64,000 bases of DNA from assembly GCF_026571515.1 (NCBI RefSeq), contig NW_026860429.1, forward strand, positions 248,001-312,000, in the 5' to 3' direction. This DNA is from Ruditapes philippinarum (taxonomy: Eukaryota). The notes under the pieces are model-generated. The model saw only the letters and a list, made by a program, of their open reading frames with translations, had not been told where the DNA came from and searched no databases. The position numbers and the translations under genes are program-made. Below are positions 38,511-52,073 of this stretch, in pieces (positions within the stretch are counted from its first letter, which is position 1; every line of letters starts with the position of its first letter).

Positions 38511-40980
38511 TTCAGTGGAATACCAGCGTGCACAGTACTGGGTACCAACTTAATGACGTGACGTCGTAAATGACGTCATGTTGTATTATTATTTGGCGAG
38601 CTTTTCATCCAGTATTAGGTTTTATGTCTTTTTAAAACGTTTCTTTGAATGTAATAAAAAGGAAGTTTGTTTTGTTTAAGATTAAAACATGAAACAAATG
38701 TGAATACGCTAAGAGTCCCACTTCGTGAAAAGTATTTCGCGAAACTTCGTATTTGGATTAATGGTAATTGGCAAGGGATTCCAAATGTCTGTTTGATTAG
38801 GAACCAAAATGAGAAAGAAATCAGGAAAATCTGATTCCCGGCTTTGGTAAATAGAATTGCATGTAATCTGCTGGTACTGATTCCTGGCGTTCTCCAAAAA
38901 ATAACGGGATAAGGAACAGAAATAACCTCCAAAGAAAAGCATGCAAACGTCATACCTGTAATATTGATGTACTTCCGTCAAAATTTTTCAAAAATATCAC
39001 CTTTGAAGACACTGACGTTACCGTAAGCATGCCTGTCTTCGAGCTTCATTCAAATTCTTTACCCCGCTAAAAGGCAATGGCGTAATTGAAATTATCTATT
39101 TTGACTTACATAAATCATTTTTACAGTGTAACATGTCATTTATACATATTCTAGTATATTTCATTTCTTTTTTTAGTATGTGAATAATCTTGTATTTGTT
39201 TACACCTATAAAGACAAATACTCACTTATGGACGTTAATAAGGTTAGGAAAAGCAGGTACGTATATTGACATTAATTACATGAAGAAAGTTAAACCAAAA
39301 GTAAACCGAACAATATTAAAGCGGTCGTGTCAGCCTTTATTTTCTGTTGAAAAGGTATTTCAGTAATTTTATTTCGGAAAAATTGCAACATATTACTAGT
39401 AAGACTTCTTCAAAACAGTGTTCCGAGAGCTATTTTGACGTGTCAGTGACGTTCGTTTCTAAAGATAGAAAATTGGGAAATGAATCGTCCGCTTCTTTAA
39501 TTCCAGTAGAGATATTAAAGATTAGTGCAATCGAGGGCTTTCCTTATTTTTTGTATAATTAATTGTCAAAATTTTTTATTTCCCACCATAATTCTTTCGA
39601 TTTGACAATTATTTGAAACAATTAATCTAAGAATAACATATTTTAAGTCTAGAAAAGCTGAAGCTGCATTGACTATATTACGCTCCAATTGCAGCTCAAT
39701 GAATACACTCACGTTACTTCAGAGAGCGATAGTGGAACATTCGACCGATGCGCAGGAGAGTACCTATCGGTTTCCGGCCCCTAGCAGTTTTCCGTCCCTA
39801 TATCACTTTTATCCAGTACAGTCTTTTTTATCAGTAATGCATGTAAGTTTCTTCATCAAATCAGAGTATCAGAGAGACATTCGTTTCAATGCAACACGGC
39901 AGTTGATATAGTACAGCGTTTTTAAGTAATGCCTGTTGTTTGAAGTTACGTAAGAGAACTTACTACATTTAAAAAATAAGTATTACCTGGGGAATTCTAG
40001 TTAGATGCCCTTTCGCAATAACTGAGACCCCATTCTATGTAAATTAATTCTTTTGAACAATATATTGAAGACGACATGGGAAAAGGTCTGTAAGCTCTAT
40101 TTCTTTGATAAAATCATCTTTACATTGCTTACTGGTACTGGATTATAATCACAATAAAAGGTACGAACAACTGATATGAAAATTTGCATAAAAGTAAGAA
40201 AACATTTCAAGCCTATATTACAATTAAAAAGTAAAGTAAAATAGCAACACTTAAAACATGGTAATGCTTGAAAGTTACCTAATTTTGTTCTATCAAAGTT
40301 TTGTACTTGCCTGTAGGCAGATTTTTATTTTATTTGTTAAAAAGTGAGATTTTGAGCCGGAAACTGCTAGGAAACCAGTAAACAAAATTTCCCAGAAAAA
40401 GTGCACACTTTTTGTATTTTCTGATCGTAAGATCAGTAAATACATAGCTAACATCCACGGTCTAACACAAAATTTCCTAACAGTCCTAACAACGCAAAGT
40501 AGTTCTCACTCAAAACTGCTTAAAAATTTAAAAGAAAGAATAATTTTTAATGTAGGCATTTAACGAATTACAGAGCATTAAAAGTTTAGATTAGTCAACA
40601 GAAATATGAGGTTACAATCACAAATTTCGCGGATGAATATCTTTTTTACCCAATGAAAAATGTTCGGCTATTTCCGTAAAGCTTCGGATTATCATGAATA
40701 TCATTTTAATCAATGAAAATGCTATTTTTAGCTATGTCGATTACCGAATACTCCAGAGCGTAGTACACAAATAAATCTGACTGTCGAGTAGTGGAATATA
40801 TACATGTCGGACTGTTTTTGCGAGAAGATTTTCACTAAATTATTTTCATCAGTGTTAAACAACAGGTTAATCGTGAACAAAATACCTCGAAATTAATAAG
40901 GATTACAAACACGAAATGGAAATTCTCACTTTAGAATTACATAATGTATTCGTTTTTATTCAAGGTACATATGTATAACT

Positions 40981-41055
40981 TCGCCGTGGTGCAGAGGTAA
41001 GCGGTCTCGTTGAGGGTGTGAGAGGCCTATGGTTCAAATCCTAGTCGAGGCAATT
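40981..41055 (+). mobile_element. tRNA-like SINE head or degenerate tRNA-derived sequence
   Basis: TGGTGCAGAGG A-box and GGTTCAAATCC B-box; no clean cloverleaf. Confidence 0.5.
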
Positions 41056-41559
41056 CTATTTTTTTTTCATGCAAAATTCCATATGTATCAATCTCAATCT
41101 GTTATAGAAGAAAATCAAAACGCTGTCGCTGCGTAAGATGAATTATAGTATATAAAAATAAACTTATACAGGAAAGTACATACAGATAGTCAGTATGATT
41201 TAGATTGCAAAAATCAGAAAATACCATAGAGCTGCAGCCCTTTGATTAAATCTCAGTATTAACAACAAGCCCAAGCCGATTTAATTGATGTCATATTTAT
41301 ATGTTCAGGTATTCCAATGTCGTAGAAGGAACTAATGAGATTAGTGTGATATATGCTAATCTTTGATGTATTTTCACTTTTTGTTAATTTATTTTTATAT
41401 ATACACTGTATATATTTAATCATTAACCGATTAATTTAAAAATCCTGATTATGACACTTCAGTAAAGATAAGATGTTAAAGACCGAAAAGCACGTATCAA
41501 AACTGATTAATTTGTGAATGATAATTAAATTAACAATGCATCCACAAGGTGACTTCATG

Positions 41560-42130
41560 GTAGTTAAAACAGTTGAGAAACCTACTTAAATTGCCATACT
41601 TTTTAAAAAGAAAATGTAAAATGTTTATTTGTGGATAATACGAAAACAAATGCTCTTAAGATACAAAAACAAGATTCATTCAACACATTATTGTATCAGT
41701 TGCTTTTATTCGATGCTCAATTATGTTTTTAGATTCGGAAGTAATGTAAATAAATTTGTGTATATAAATAACAAGAGAGATTTGACAATCACGATTCTTC
41801 CAAAGACGAGATAATATCCTTTGCATCTTGTTTATTTTTCTTCATAACTTATTGAGACTTTTCTTTTAAAATCTACATAAATTTTTTTCCTTCGATATTA
41901 AATGGAGACAATGTTCCAAGATTATTTCTATTTTGTTTGAATGTTAGAAGTGTATGGACGTAGGGAACCACAGGCAAAATTTTCATTTTCTCGATTTATT
42001 TTTTATATATATATATTTTTTCAATATTCTATAAATGCTCTCGAAATACACTAAGCAGTCACAGGAACAAAACTTGTCTTCTTATGAAGAATAAAATCGT
42101 GGTTTACCAACTTGACCCGCGTGAGTCAGG
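41560..42130 (+). repeat. Local duplication, second copy at about 44010-44718
   Basis: AGTTGAGAAACCTACTTAAATTGCCATAC...GCGTGAGTCAGGT is colinear in both copies. Confidence 0.85.
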
Positions 42131-42186
42131 TTAGAGATATTACAGATTAGGCGTATCGAGAGTTTTACCTATTGTTTATGTATTTT

Positions 42187-42763
42187 TGTGTCGCCTCTAC
42201 GGAGTAGTGGCGACAAATAGGGATCACTTCTCCGTCGTCTGTCTGTCCGTCTGTCCGTCCGTCACAAAACTTGTCCGGACTACTCCTCATAAACTACTGG
42301 TGCAATTTCATCCAAAATTTACAGGAATGATCAGTAACAAGTCTGGTGTGCATGTTTTCAGCCTTTTCCGGTTCAATGATTTTTGTCAGAGTAAGTGCCG
42401 TTTAATAATCTTTATTTTTAAAGTTTGTCCGGACTACTTCTCTTATACCACTAATGGAATTTCAATGAAACTTTACAGGATTGATTTTTAGCTCAAGTCC
42501 TTGCGCATATTGCAAGGGTTTTTCGGTTGAATGATTTTTGGTCTAGTTATGGCCCTTTGATAAAAAGTGCTTTTTGATACACAAAAGCTTGTCCGGAATA
42601 CTCCTCAATAACTACTGGTGCAATTTTATCCAAACTTTACAGGAATGATCAGTACCAAGTCTAGTTGTGCACTGTCCGTCTGTCTGTCCGTCAGTAACAA
42701 AACTTGTCTCAACATGAAATGGGCCATCATGAGGCGACACATGTGATCACTGATCGCTCTTGT
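42187..42763. mobile_element. Helentron-associated (HINE/DINE-1/pearl-like) non-autonomous element
   Basis: Subterminal inverted repeats TGTGTCGCCTC (42187) and GAGGCGACACA (42731), internal 5' inverted copy GTGGCGACA, (GTCY)n microsatellite, three ~158-bp core repeats and 3' hairpin GTGATCACTGATCGC. Confidence 0.85.
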
Positions 42764-44189
42764 ATCGTTTTCGATTTGACAATTATTTGAAACGGTTTAG
42801 AAAAGCTGAAATATCTGGAATAAAGTGATCCATTGGAAGCATTAAAACAGCAGAATAACATAAAAATATTGCAGACTCTGTTTGATTGAGTATGTACATG
42901 TGAAATAATGAAAGCCGTGAACTGCATGTGGATTTATAATTCAGAAAACGGTATTTAAAATAAATGTCATGACCATAGCTGCGCAAGATATTTAACTTAG
43001 AAATTAATTTTGTTGTTGGAAGAGAAGTCTACAGAATGTCCTAGGAAACAAGTGCGAACTTTCTTTAACTCAGTATAAACAGCCCAAGCTCATGTTCTGA
43101 TTGATGTCATATTTCCATGTTTAGATATTCCAATGCCTTAATGATTAGATCGGTGTGAGGAATTCTGATTGGATTCTTTGTCATTTTAGTGTTAAAATTT
43201 ATATGTATTTAATCATACATTAACTAAGTAATCAATCATGATTATAAAACAGTACAATAACTTCCAAGATAAGATTCTAAAGAAAGAAAATAAAAACTAG
43301 TTCCACACATTAAAACTAAAACAAAAATCAGACAAATAATTAAATTAACGATGCATCTATAAGATGACTTCTTTGTACTTCACATACTAGACAAAACATA
43401 CTTCATATGATACAATATATATTATATATATTTAGATATAGAGAATTCTTTGGGAAAAGTCCGGTTTAAATCATCTAATCATAACTCAGTTCCATTGAAG
43501 CGCAATTTGGTACGTGTGCATTCATTATAGCAAACATATAGGGAATTGAGACTTGTAAGACGTCTTTTATTCAAATGTTTAGAATATGAATATTTTCTTC
43601 TTTTGACAAAATAAAATGAACCTGATTTATATAGGTTTAACTGATAAGGAAAGAAGTCTTAAATAAAAAATTTTGAATACACACTGTTTTTGATTACTAT
43701 AATTCATCTTTGGCTTATAAAGTTTTACGTACATAATACGACATTTGCATAGATGTATCCTATGAGAAAATGCAACGTCTTTATAAATCATCTAATTCAT
43801 CCTGAAAAACAATTTATAAGTTGATAAGTTTATTTCGATATTCCATTGGACCAAAATGGCCTATGAGGACATGATGATAACCATACACGTGATAAATGAC
43901 AATACAAAAGGAATTTATATATTGTTTTGATTTCGTAACATTTGGTTATTTCACGGCGTCTCAACGCCGTGATATGCAGTTGTACTTCTTTCATTAAAAC
44001 CTAAGATTAAGTTAAAATAGTTGAGAAACCTACTTAAATTGCCATACTTTTTAAAATGAAAATGTAAAATGTTTATTTGTGGATAATACGAAAACAAATG
44101 TTCTTAAGATACAAATTCAAGATTCATTCAACACATTTTAGTATCAGTTTCTTTTATTCTATGCTCAATTATGTATTTTGATTCGGAAG

Positions 44190-44260
44190 TTTGGTGAAGT
44201 GTTTAGCATACTTGACCGGCAATCCACAGACCCGTGGTTCGAGTCCCGGCTGCGGCGTGC
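44190..44260 (+). mobile_element. tRNA-like SINE head truncated by assembly gap
   Basis: GGTTCGAGTCCC B-box. Absent from the paralogous site at about 41740. Confidence 0.55.
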
Positions 44261-44392
44261 NNNNNNNNNNNNNNNNNNNNNNNNNNNNNNNNNNNNNNNN
44301 NNNNNNNNNNNNNNNNNNNNNNNNNNNNNNNNNNNNNNNNNNNNNNNNNNNNNNNNNNNNNNNNNNNNNNNNNNNNNNNNNNNNNNNNNNNN
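44261..44392. other. Assembly gap
   Basis: N run. Confidence 1.
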
Positions 44393-46253
44393 CAAAGACT
44401 AGATAATATTCTTTGCATCCTGTTTATTTTTCTTCATAATTTTTTGCGACTTTTCTCATACAGTCTACATAAATGTTTTCCTCCGATGTTAAATGGAGCC
44501 AGGAAATTTTTTATTTTGTTTGAATGATTGAAGTGAATGAACAGAGGGAAACACAGGCAACATTTTCATTTTCTCGATTTATTTAAAAAATATATTTTTT
44601 TCAAAACATGTATTCTTTAAATGTTCTCGAAATACACTAAGCAGTCACATTAACAAAACTTTTCTCCTTATAAAGAATAAAATGGTGGTTTACCAACTTG
44701 ACCAGCGTGAGTCAGGTAAGAGCATTTACATTTTACAATAGCTGTTATGAATTGTTATGAACTATGGAAACGTTGAAGTACCTGTCAAGTAAATGACTAA
44801 GACTTATTTCAGTCTAACAGTATCCGCAATATATTCTATTGTAATTTCCAGAGTTTTTCTAGTTATATGACTTGTTTTAAAACTACACGTCAGATCTGTC
44901 TGCGTCATAATCTCGTTCAAAAAAATAAAGATATCATTAAAGTGGCATTATGTTCATCAGTGGATAGATATAGAGTGAATAGGTGAAAAATCAGTTAATA
45001 TTTTCTCATTAATCCTTTTAATTTCATAATTTACTTCACATTAACGATAAATAACTAACTAGGCCCTGTGAAATGTGTGTTATTATCCGTCGGAATTTAT
45101 CTGTAACTTTCAACTTATAAAAAGATTGGACAGTCTTTTTATAAATTTAGGTAGATTTATTTTTTACCCTAAACATTTTCAAATATCATTTGTTGGTCAA
45201 TCACCATTATAACGACCAGTTTATTGAAATATATAGTCAATTAAAGTAAATTTGACATTGAAAAAATGAGCATAATGCCACTTTTAAGTTTTACTTTAGT
45301 ACGCCGATGATAAGGCGGTTTTTCCATTTTATTGTTATTGTTGTTGTTGTAACTGTTTAAGTTTCTGTATCATAAAGTTTTTGAGTCAATATTGTAGAAA
45401 GTTATGTCTGGGGATTCCGAATTCACGTGTCTTTGCAGCATTATGCCGTATATCAGATAACATGCCGGTCAATAACCAGTCACCACAAAAATACTTTGTT
45501 TGACAAAATATAAAGACAAAATTCTTATTTTTGGAATTTAATACAAAAAAGTTACATTACAACATCAATGCAGAAAATACCTACACTACATACAATTTCA
45601 TGATAACACAATATGATTGTTCATTCTCTTGTTGTATCCGAATAAAATTATCTATATACATAAAATTATCTATACATATAACTTAGATAAGTCAAATTAT
45701 AATTTTATACAAAATGATTATTTATCGGACAATTCACAATATCATACAACATAAAATAATTATACTCAAAAATACTTAAGCTGCCCAAGTTGTTACAATG
45801 CACTTATTAGTGATATTATTTATATTAATCTTCGTGTAAAATTGGCATTGCAGGAAAGTCAAAAAATTTACAACAGGATTTTGAGCATATACTTGTAGTT
45901 ACCAAAAAAAATGAAATTTATTTGCTTCCCGTCTATCTCATTTTGGCTTCAAACGATACAAAGACAAAGCGTAGGGTCATAGCCTAGGTTACCGGTATAT
46001 TTGAAACTTTACCCATTTTCCCACGTGAATAAACAACTTGATTTTGTGCAAAATATCACTGTTTCAGTTCTTTCAGTTTCGTTAAACAATATTGAATTAC
46101 TTTACGTTTTGCAATGCAAGAAATAAATGAAGCAAAGATAGTTAGACAGATATACATTAACAAAAACTATTTCTTATACATAAATTACCGTACGCCAAAT
46201 AACAAAACAGTTTAAACTTGTAGGGCTTGTTAACCTGCACATGCAGTTATAGG

Positions 46254-47468
46254 CTACTTCTGCAAACTTAGGTCATAATTGCTCGAAACGGAAATGAGTT
46301 GATTTGCATGCGCGCCTTTACTTCTTTCGACGCTCGAATTTTTCTTGTATCCAAATAGTTCCAACACTTGACGACGGAACCGGTTTCCACTGAGGAAATA
46401 CAAGATGAAATTAATTGCATGTTTCAAGTAAATCAACATATTTACGAGCGCCCAGACTATTTCTTGTGTTTCTGTCATGCCAGTCTCCTCGTCAACCCAA
46501 GCTGATCTTCCTATCAAGAAAATAAGTGCGGGAAGTGCCATTACAACAAAGAGTCCGTTCACCAAAAGTAATGTGAATGTTATTTGTGAAGCTCGATCGT
46601 CAAATGCTGATTGCTTGCTCGATATTTGCGTATATTTGTTCCTCATACTCTTCTGCAACTTGCTGCTTTTTCGTAGACCTTTTATTATAACTATACCACA
46701 AACAAGGAAGATAATCAGTGGTATAAACATGAAGGTGGTAACTGATAAGGTTTGATGAATTTCCGAAAAATATTGTCCATATTCTGGATCATCATACCAG
46801 CATACTTTTATTTTATTTATGCTAGTAAACTCTTCATTTGATTCGATCTTGGCAAACAAATCGTCTGTCCACTCTTCAGTGGTAGAATTTGCAGTATCAA
46901 AATACTGGTCAAAAATAAATGCACTTGTATTGGTCGACCTCTCATTTGAATCAAGCGGAAACGAAATAGTTCCAGCTGTCTCGTTGTATGTTACTTCGTA
47001 CAGCTTCATACCAATCAACATGTGTCCATGAATTACACACGATGTAAGGGCAAGAGCAATTGAAATGATTACCGCAATATTTGCAGTACATATATTCTTT
47101 ACCATGTACGGTTTAGCGGTACATAAGGCGCGCTCGATTGTTACTGCTGCCAGCAGGAAGCTGCCGTAACTTCCATTGAAATAGTTGCCAAAAAATTGAA
47201 GTTTGCAAACTATGTTATGAATGTGACGGACATCGAAACCAACCAGATAGACCAACCACCATCGAGGCAACATAAATAAAATCACAAATAAATCAGCGAA
47301 TGCTTTAGCTGACAGGAAAACTGTAGTAGACGATGGTTTGTTCCGTTTGCGTGAAAGTATAATCATCGTCACAATGTTTCCAAAAACTCCAACGGCGAAA
47401 ATAAGTGGTGATCCAACAATCCAAATCATTCGAGCTATATCTGAACCTTTGCTCTGATTGCTATCCAT
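46254..47468 (-). CDS. Class A GPCR copy 3, 404 aa (start at MDSNQSK)
   Basis: 7TM motifs. ATG 47468 aligns with the other four copies; the 26-aa upstream extension is not conserved. Confidence 0.94.
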   Translation of the reverse strand: MDSNQSKGSDIARMIWIVGSPLIFAVGVFGNIVTMIILSRKRNKPSSTTVFLSAKAFADLFVILFMLPRWWLVYLVGFDVRHIHNIVCKLQFFGNYFNGSYGSFLLAAVTIERALCTAKPYMVKNICTANIAVIISIALALTSCVIHGHMLIGMKLYEVTYNETAGTISFPLDSNERSTNTSAFIFDQYFDTANSTTEEWTDDLFAKIESNEEFTSINKIKVCWYDDPEYGQYFSEIHQTLSVTTFMFIPLIIFLVCGIVIIKGLRKSSKLQKSMRNKYTQISSKQSAFDDRASQITFTLLLVNGLFVVMALPALIFLIGRSAWVDEETGMTETQEIVWALVNMLIYLKHAINFILYFLSGNRFRRQVLELFGYKKNSSVERSKGAHANQLISVSSNYDLSLQK

Positions 47469-47570
47469 CTCGGAAAAAATGTTTGTAAATAATTGTAAAT
47501 AATAACTGTCGCAATAGCTATTCGCTATTTTTATTAGATAATGCAAATGAAACTGATGTACAACATCTAC

Positions 47571-47676
47571 TATTTAAATATAAGTGAACCATGCCTAATA
47601 TGGAAAAAATGCGAAGTCGAAGTGATTGGTTTAGGCCGAAATGGGAGGAAATGAATATCTGCTTATAGATTATTGG
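47571..47676 (-). promoter_or_regulatory. GPCR3 promoter: TATA-like, CArG 47594-47603, CCAAT 47672-47676
   Basis: CCTAATATGG fits CC(A/T)6GG. Confidence 0.58.
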
Positions 47677-47950
47677 TAGATTCTTGTGTCTAGCATCAAT
47701 TATATAATATCTTTCTTTCTGCCAATCAATTAATGCATGTGCTTCCTGCTAGAATATGTTTTTTGAATAAAGCAGAATAATAAGCGACAGTGATTTTCCT
47801 TTCCAAATATATAATTTTTCATGTAACAGATCGCTCACATTTACTGAAGGACTAGACGGTTACATTGAAGTTATTATTTTTCAGAAATCGCTGTTATTAT
47901 CACTATGATATATATTGTATATCGAAGTTATAAACAGTACACTACTTTAC

Positions 47951-48190
47951 NNNNNNNNNNNNNNNNNNNNNNNNNNNNNNNNNNNNNNNNNNNNNNNNNN
48001 NNNNNNNNNNNNNNNNNNNNNNNNNNNNNNNNNNNNNNNNNNNNNNNNNNNNNNNNNNNNNNNNNNNNNNNNNNNNNNNNNNNNNNNNNNNNNNNNNNNN
48101 NNNNNNNNNNNNNNNNNNNNNNNNNNNNNNNNNNNNNNNNNNNNNNNNNNNNNNNNNNNNNNNNNNNNNNNNNNNNNNNNNNNNNNNNNN
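47951..48190. other. Assembly gap
   Basis: N run. Confidence 1.
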
Positions 48191-48352
48191 AATAATAACT
48201 TTGTTTATCGAAGGTAACACATTAAGACATATACAGATTGTAACACCTTATTTACAATGCGGCCTTCTAGCACAAAAAAAACAGCTGTGATTAATAACAA
48301 TCTTGTATAAGCCTGTGTTTTATTAAATCATGATGTATGATTATAATAATAT

Positions 48353-48587
48353 GAGCCGCGTCACGACAAAACCAACATAATAGGCTTGCGAACAACATTG
48401 ATCCAGACCAGCCTGCGCATCCGCGCAGTCTGATAAGGATCCATGCTGTTCGCTATCAGTTTCTGTACTTGTAATAGGGTTGGTAAGCGAACAGCATGGA
48501 TCCTGATCAGACTGCGCGGATGCGCAGGCTGGTCTGGATCCTTGCTGGTCGCAAACCCATTATGTTAGTTTTGTCGTGACGCGGCTC
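48353..48587. mobile_element. Palindromic MITE, GAG...CTC termini, ATAT target-site duplication (Sola-like)
   Basis: Inverted arms of about 100 bp with ATAT on both sides. Empty sites with a single ATAT at about 55132 and 60918. Confidence 0.9.
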
Positions 48588-50367
48588 ATATGGTATCAAA
48601 TTCAATGCTTCATCGTATGCCCAGTCAGTATAAATTTGAAGAACACAAAGCGATAGCTTCGTTATATTTAAAAAAACTGTGTATCATTCAGATATTTTTT
48701 TTTTCTTTGCAGATGCTGAACGGCTAATGACTTACAATAGTTTATGCACAACTCTTCCATATTTTCAAAATGAAAACGCCCAGTCAAGCAGATAGCGGGC
48801 AACCTCTTCTGATGTGACATATGACTCTGCGAAATTACCAAACTTGGTATGAAGACTGAACAAATCCAAAAAGAATGTGCCTTCACCAATGAATTAGAAT
48901 AATAATGACTTAACCTTTCCTACTTAAAAAAGATGTACCGTACAAACATAAAACATTCCTTGTAGAAGAATAGTTTTACATTTCACACCAAAATAAAGAT
49001 ACTTACAGAACATATTGACAGGTAGAAAAAGTATTTATCAGGCATTTCATATTGAAAACCATTAAGAATGCTTTAGTATCAACATCTTACTGTCATAGGT
49101 CATATAGCTTGTATGGGGCAATAAAGTTATGTATATTTACACCTAAAATACTAAGAGGACATTTTTTCGTTTTTCGTGAAATATGGAAAATATTTTCACG
49201 AAACATGAAAAAATGCCAAATAGTTTCACGAGCCGGGACGTGGTGTGACCTGTGGGTGCCCAATCTTAGCTAACTTGGTATGAAGACTGAAGATGCTATG
49301 CATTTGGCTAAATCCGGTTGTTATTCTTCAGCACTCTCGTTAAATTTCATCCCGTCTTTCTTATACTGTAGTACTAAACTTGGCATATTCTTGTAAGGAC
49401 TCAACAATGGCACAGTCATCATCGAGGTCAATTAACGCCAACACAGTCAATTCACACGTCACGCGTCAAATATGAATTTCGGTGCAATGATTACCAGTAA
49501 AGTTTCTACAGTGTTAAACATGTAGTGCAGAATGTGGTCATATCTATGTTTTGAAGTGAACTTAAAGGCCCCACTTATGTTATATTGTGACCTTTATTAA
49601 TTTTCAAAGAACCACTTAGATAATGAAAATTACTATGAAAAATGACGCGATTAGATTATTTTGATGTATCTCAACTTTTATATGATGTCCTTAATTTTTA
49701 TTGAAAGATTTAATGTCGGGACTTTTGACTATTTGATAATTGCATTCGATGAACATTATCTTGTTAAAAATTTGTTTCTAGATTTTCATGACAGGCGAAT
49801 CATTGACATTTTTTCTTCTTAAATTTTTGTTTTCTTTTAATGTTTTCTTATTCTGCACGTACACATATATTTTTTACGTGTTTTACATGACCGGGTCTAT
49901 CTGAAAACACCAGTCCTCTGCATGTGCAAAGATAGAACTCATTACGGATGTTTTAATTGATGTCATATTTCCATGTTCAGGTATTCCAATGCCTTAGGAT
50001 AACTGTGATGAATTCTAATCTTTTTTTCACTTTTGTTAAAATTTATATATATTTAATCATTATCCGATTAACTTGTAAATCCTGATTAAGACACTACAAT
50101 AATTTCAAAGATTAAATATTAAAGATAGAAAATTAAAACCAGTTCCACGCATTTAAATTAATTAAATTCAGAATAATGATAGAATTAACGATGTATACAT
50201 AAGGTGACTTCATGGTTCTTCACATAATAGACAAAACATTCTTCATATGAGACAATAATTCTACATATGTTTAAATATATAGCATATTTTGGGAAAAGTC
50301 CGGTTTAAATCATGTGATCATAACTGAATTCCATTTAAACACAATTTGGTACGTGCGCATTCATTAT

Positions 50368-50665
50368 AAGAGTGTCTTCTCACAGATTGCAAATAGATTC
50401 AGGTAGATGGACGTGGCCATTAAGAACAAAAATCGATGAAAGAAAATATGCTATATGTAATATATTGGAAGACGAATTTCATTTTATTCTTGAATGTTCA
50501 TTGAACACTGATTTAAGGAAAATATATATACATAAAAGATATTGGAAGCATCCAAACATGATTAAATATGTTGAATTGTTAACAATAGAAAATGTAAAAA
50601 TTGTTAGGAAACTTGGAATTTATGTATTGAAAGCTTTTGAAAAGCAAAATTATGTGTTGTATGGA
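50368..50665 (+). mobile_element. LINE ORF2 3' fragment (deleted paralog of the 57412 copy)
   Basis: SSHRLQIDSGRW...CNILEDEFHFILECS motif. Confidence 0.85.
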
Positions 50666-51110
50666 CCTTGTTCTAAACCTACTGGTTGGCTCTATCTGCG
50701 TTGTTATTTCGTTCAACAAAATAAAGATATAATTAAGCTTCAAGTCCATAATATACTTGAATAGTATCTATACAGGAGTTCATGCTAGGACTTTTAAAAA
50801 AGTCATTTAAGCACGACTTGAGTAAATAACATCAATTTAGTATTTTGTCATTCATTTGCCTACACATTTTTTTAAAACATGAAAGAGATGTTAAATATAC
50901 CAGTGTTTAGATTAAGTTTAAAGTGATATTATGCTCATCCATGGGTAGATATAGAGTGAACAAGTGAAAGTCAAAATCAGTTAACATTTTTCTCATAAAT
51001 CCTTTAAATTTTATAATATATTTGACAAAAACGACAAATAACTCAATAGGTCCTGTGAAATGTGCGTAATTATCCGTCGGAATTTAGGCTAAGAACACTA
51101 AGTTTTACGT

Positions 51111-51171
51111 TTTGTTGTTGGTGTTGTTGTTGTTGTTGTTGTTGTCGTCGTCGTCGTCGTCATTGTTGTTG
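51111..51171. repeat. Compound (TTG)n(TCG)n microsatellite
   Basis: Seen directly; shorter TTG runs at paralogous sites 45330 and 58384. Confidence 0.92.
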
Positions 51172-52073
51172 TAACTATTTAAGTTTCTATATCATAAAGT
51201 TTTTGAGTCAATATTGTAGAAAGTTTTGTATGGGGATTTCGAATTCACATGTCTTTGCAGCATTATGCCGTATATCAGATAACATGCCTGTCGATAACCA
51301 ATCACCACAAGAATAATTTGGTTGACAAAAAATAAAGACAAAAATCTTATCTTTGGAATTTAATATAAAAAAAGTTACATTACAACAGAAATGCTGAAAT
51401 TACCTATACTTAATACAATTTCGTGAAAACACAATATAATCGTTTACGCCCTTGGTGTAATTGAATAAAATCATTAAGAAGCATAAGATTATCTATATCT
51501 TATACATACAACGCAGATAAGTCAAATTTTAATTTTATACAAAATCATTGTTTATCGGACAATTCACAACATCATACAACATAAAATGATTATACTCAAA
51601 AATACTAAAGCTTTGCAAGTTGTTACAATGCACTTATTAGTGATATTATTTTCAGATTATCTTCGTATAAAATTGGCATTGCAAGAAAGTAAATAAATTA
51701 CAAACAAGATTTTGAGCATAATACACTGGTAATAAAATTTATTTTTTCCCCTTCTATCTTATTTTGGCTTCAAAAAGTAATACAAAGACAAAACGTAGGG
51801 TCGTAGTCTAGGTTACCGGTAATATCATCAATATGACTTTGACACATTACCCATTTTTCCACGTGGATGAACAAATTGATTTTGTGCATAATATCACTGT
51901 TTCAGTTCTTTATTCGTAAAACAATATTGAGTTACTATACGTTTTTCTGTGCCAGTAAAAATGGAGCAAAGATAGAGTGGTAGAAACTATTTCTTATACA
52001 TATATTACCGTTAGTCAAATAAAAAAACAGTTTAAACGTGTAGGGCTTGTTAACCTGCACATGCAGTTATAGA

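Noticed and set aside
40981-44260. tRNA genes at 40981 and 44190
   Set aside because: A/B boxes are present but stems do not form a proper cloverleaf. They are better explained as SINE heads.
47469-47546. 26-aa N-terminal extension of GPCR copy 3
   Set aside because: Not conserved in frame in the other copies and lies in the presumptive 5'UTR just downstream of the TATA box.
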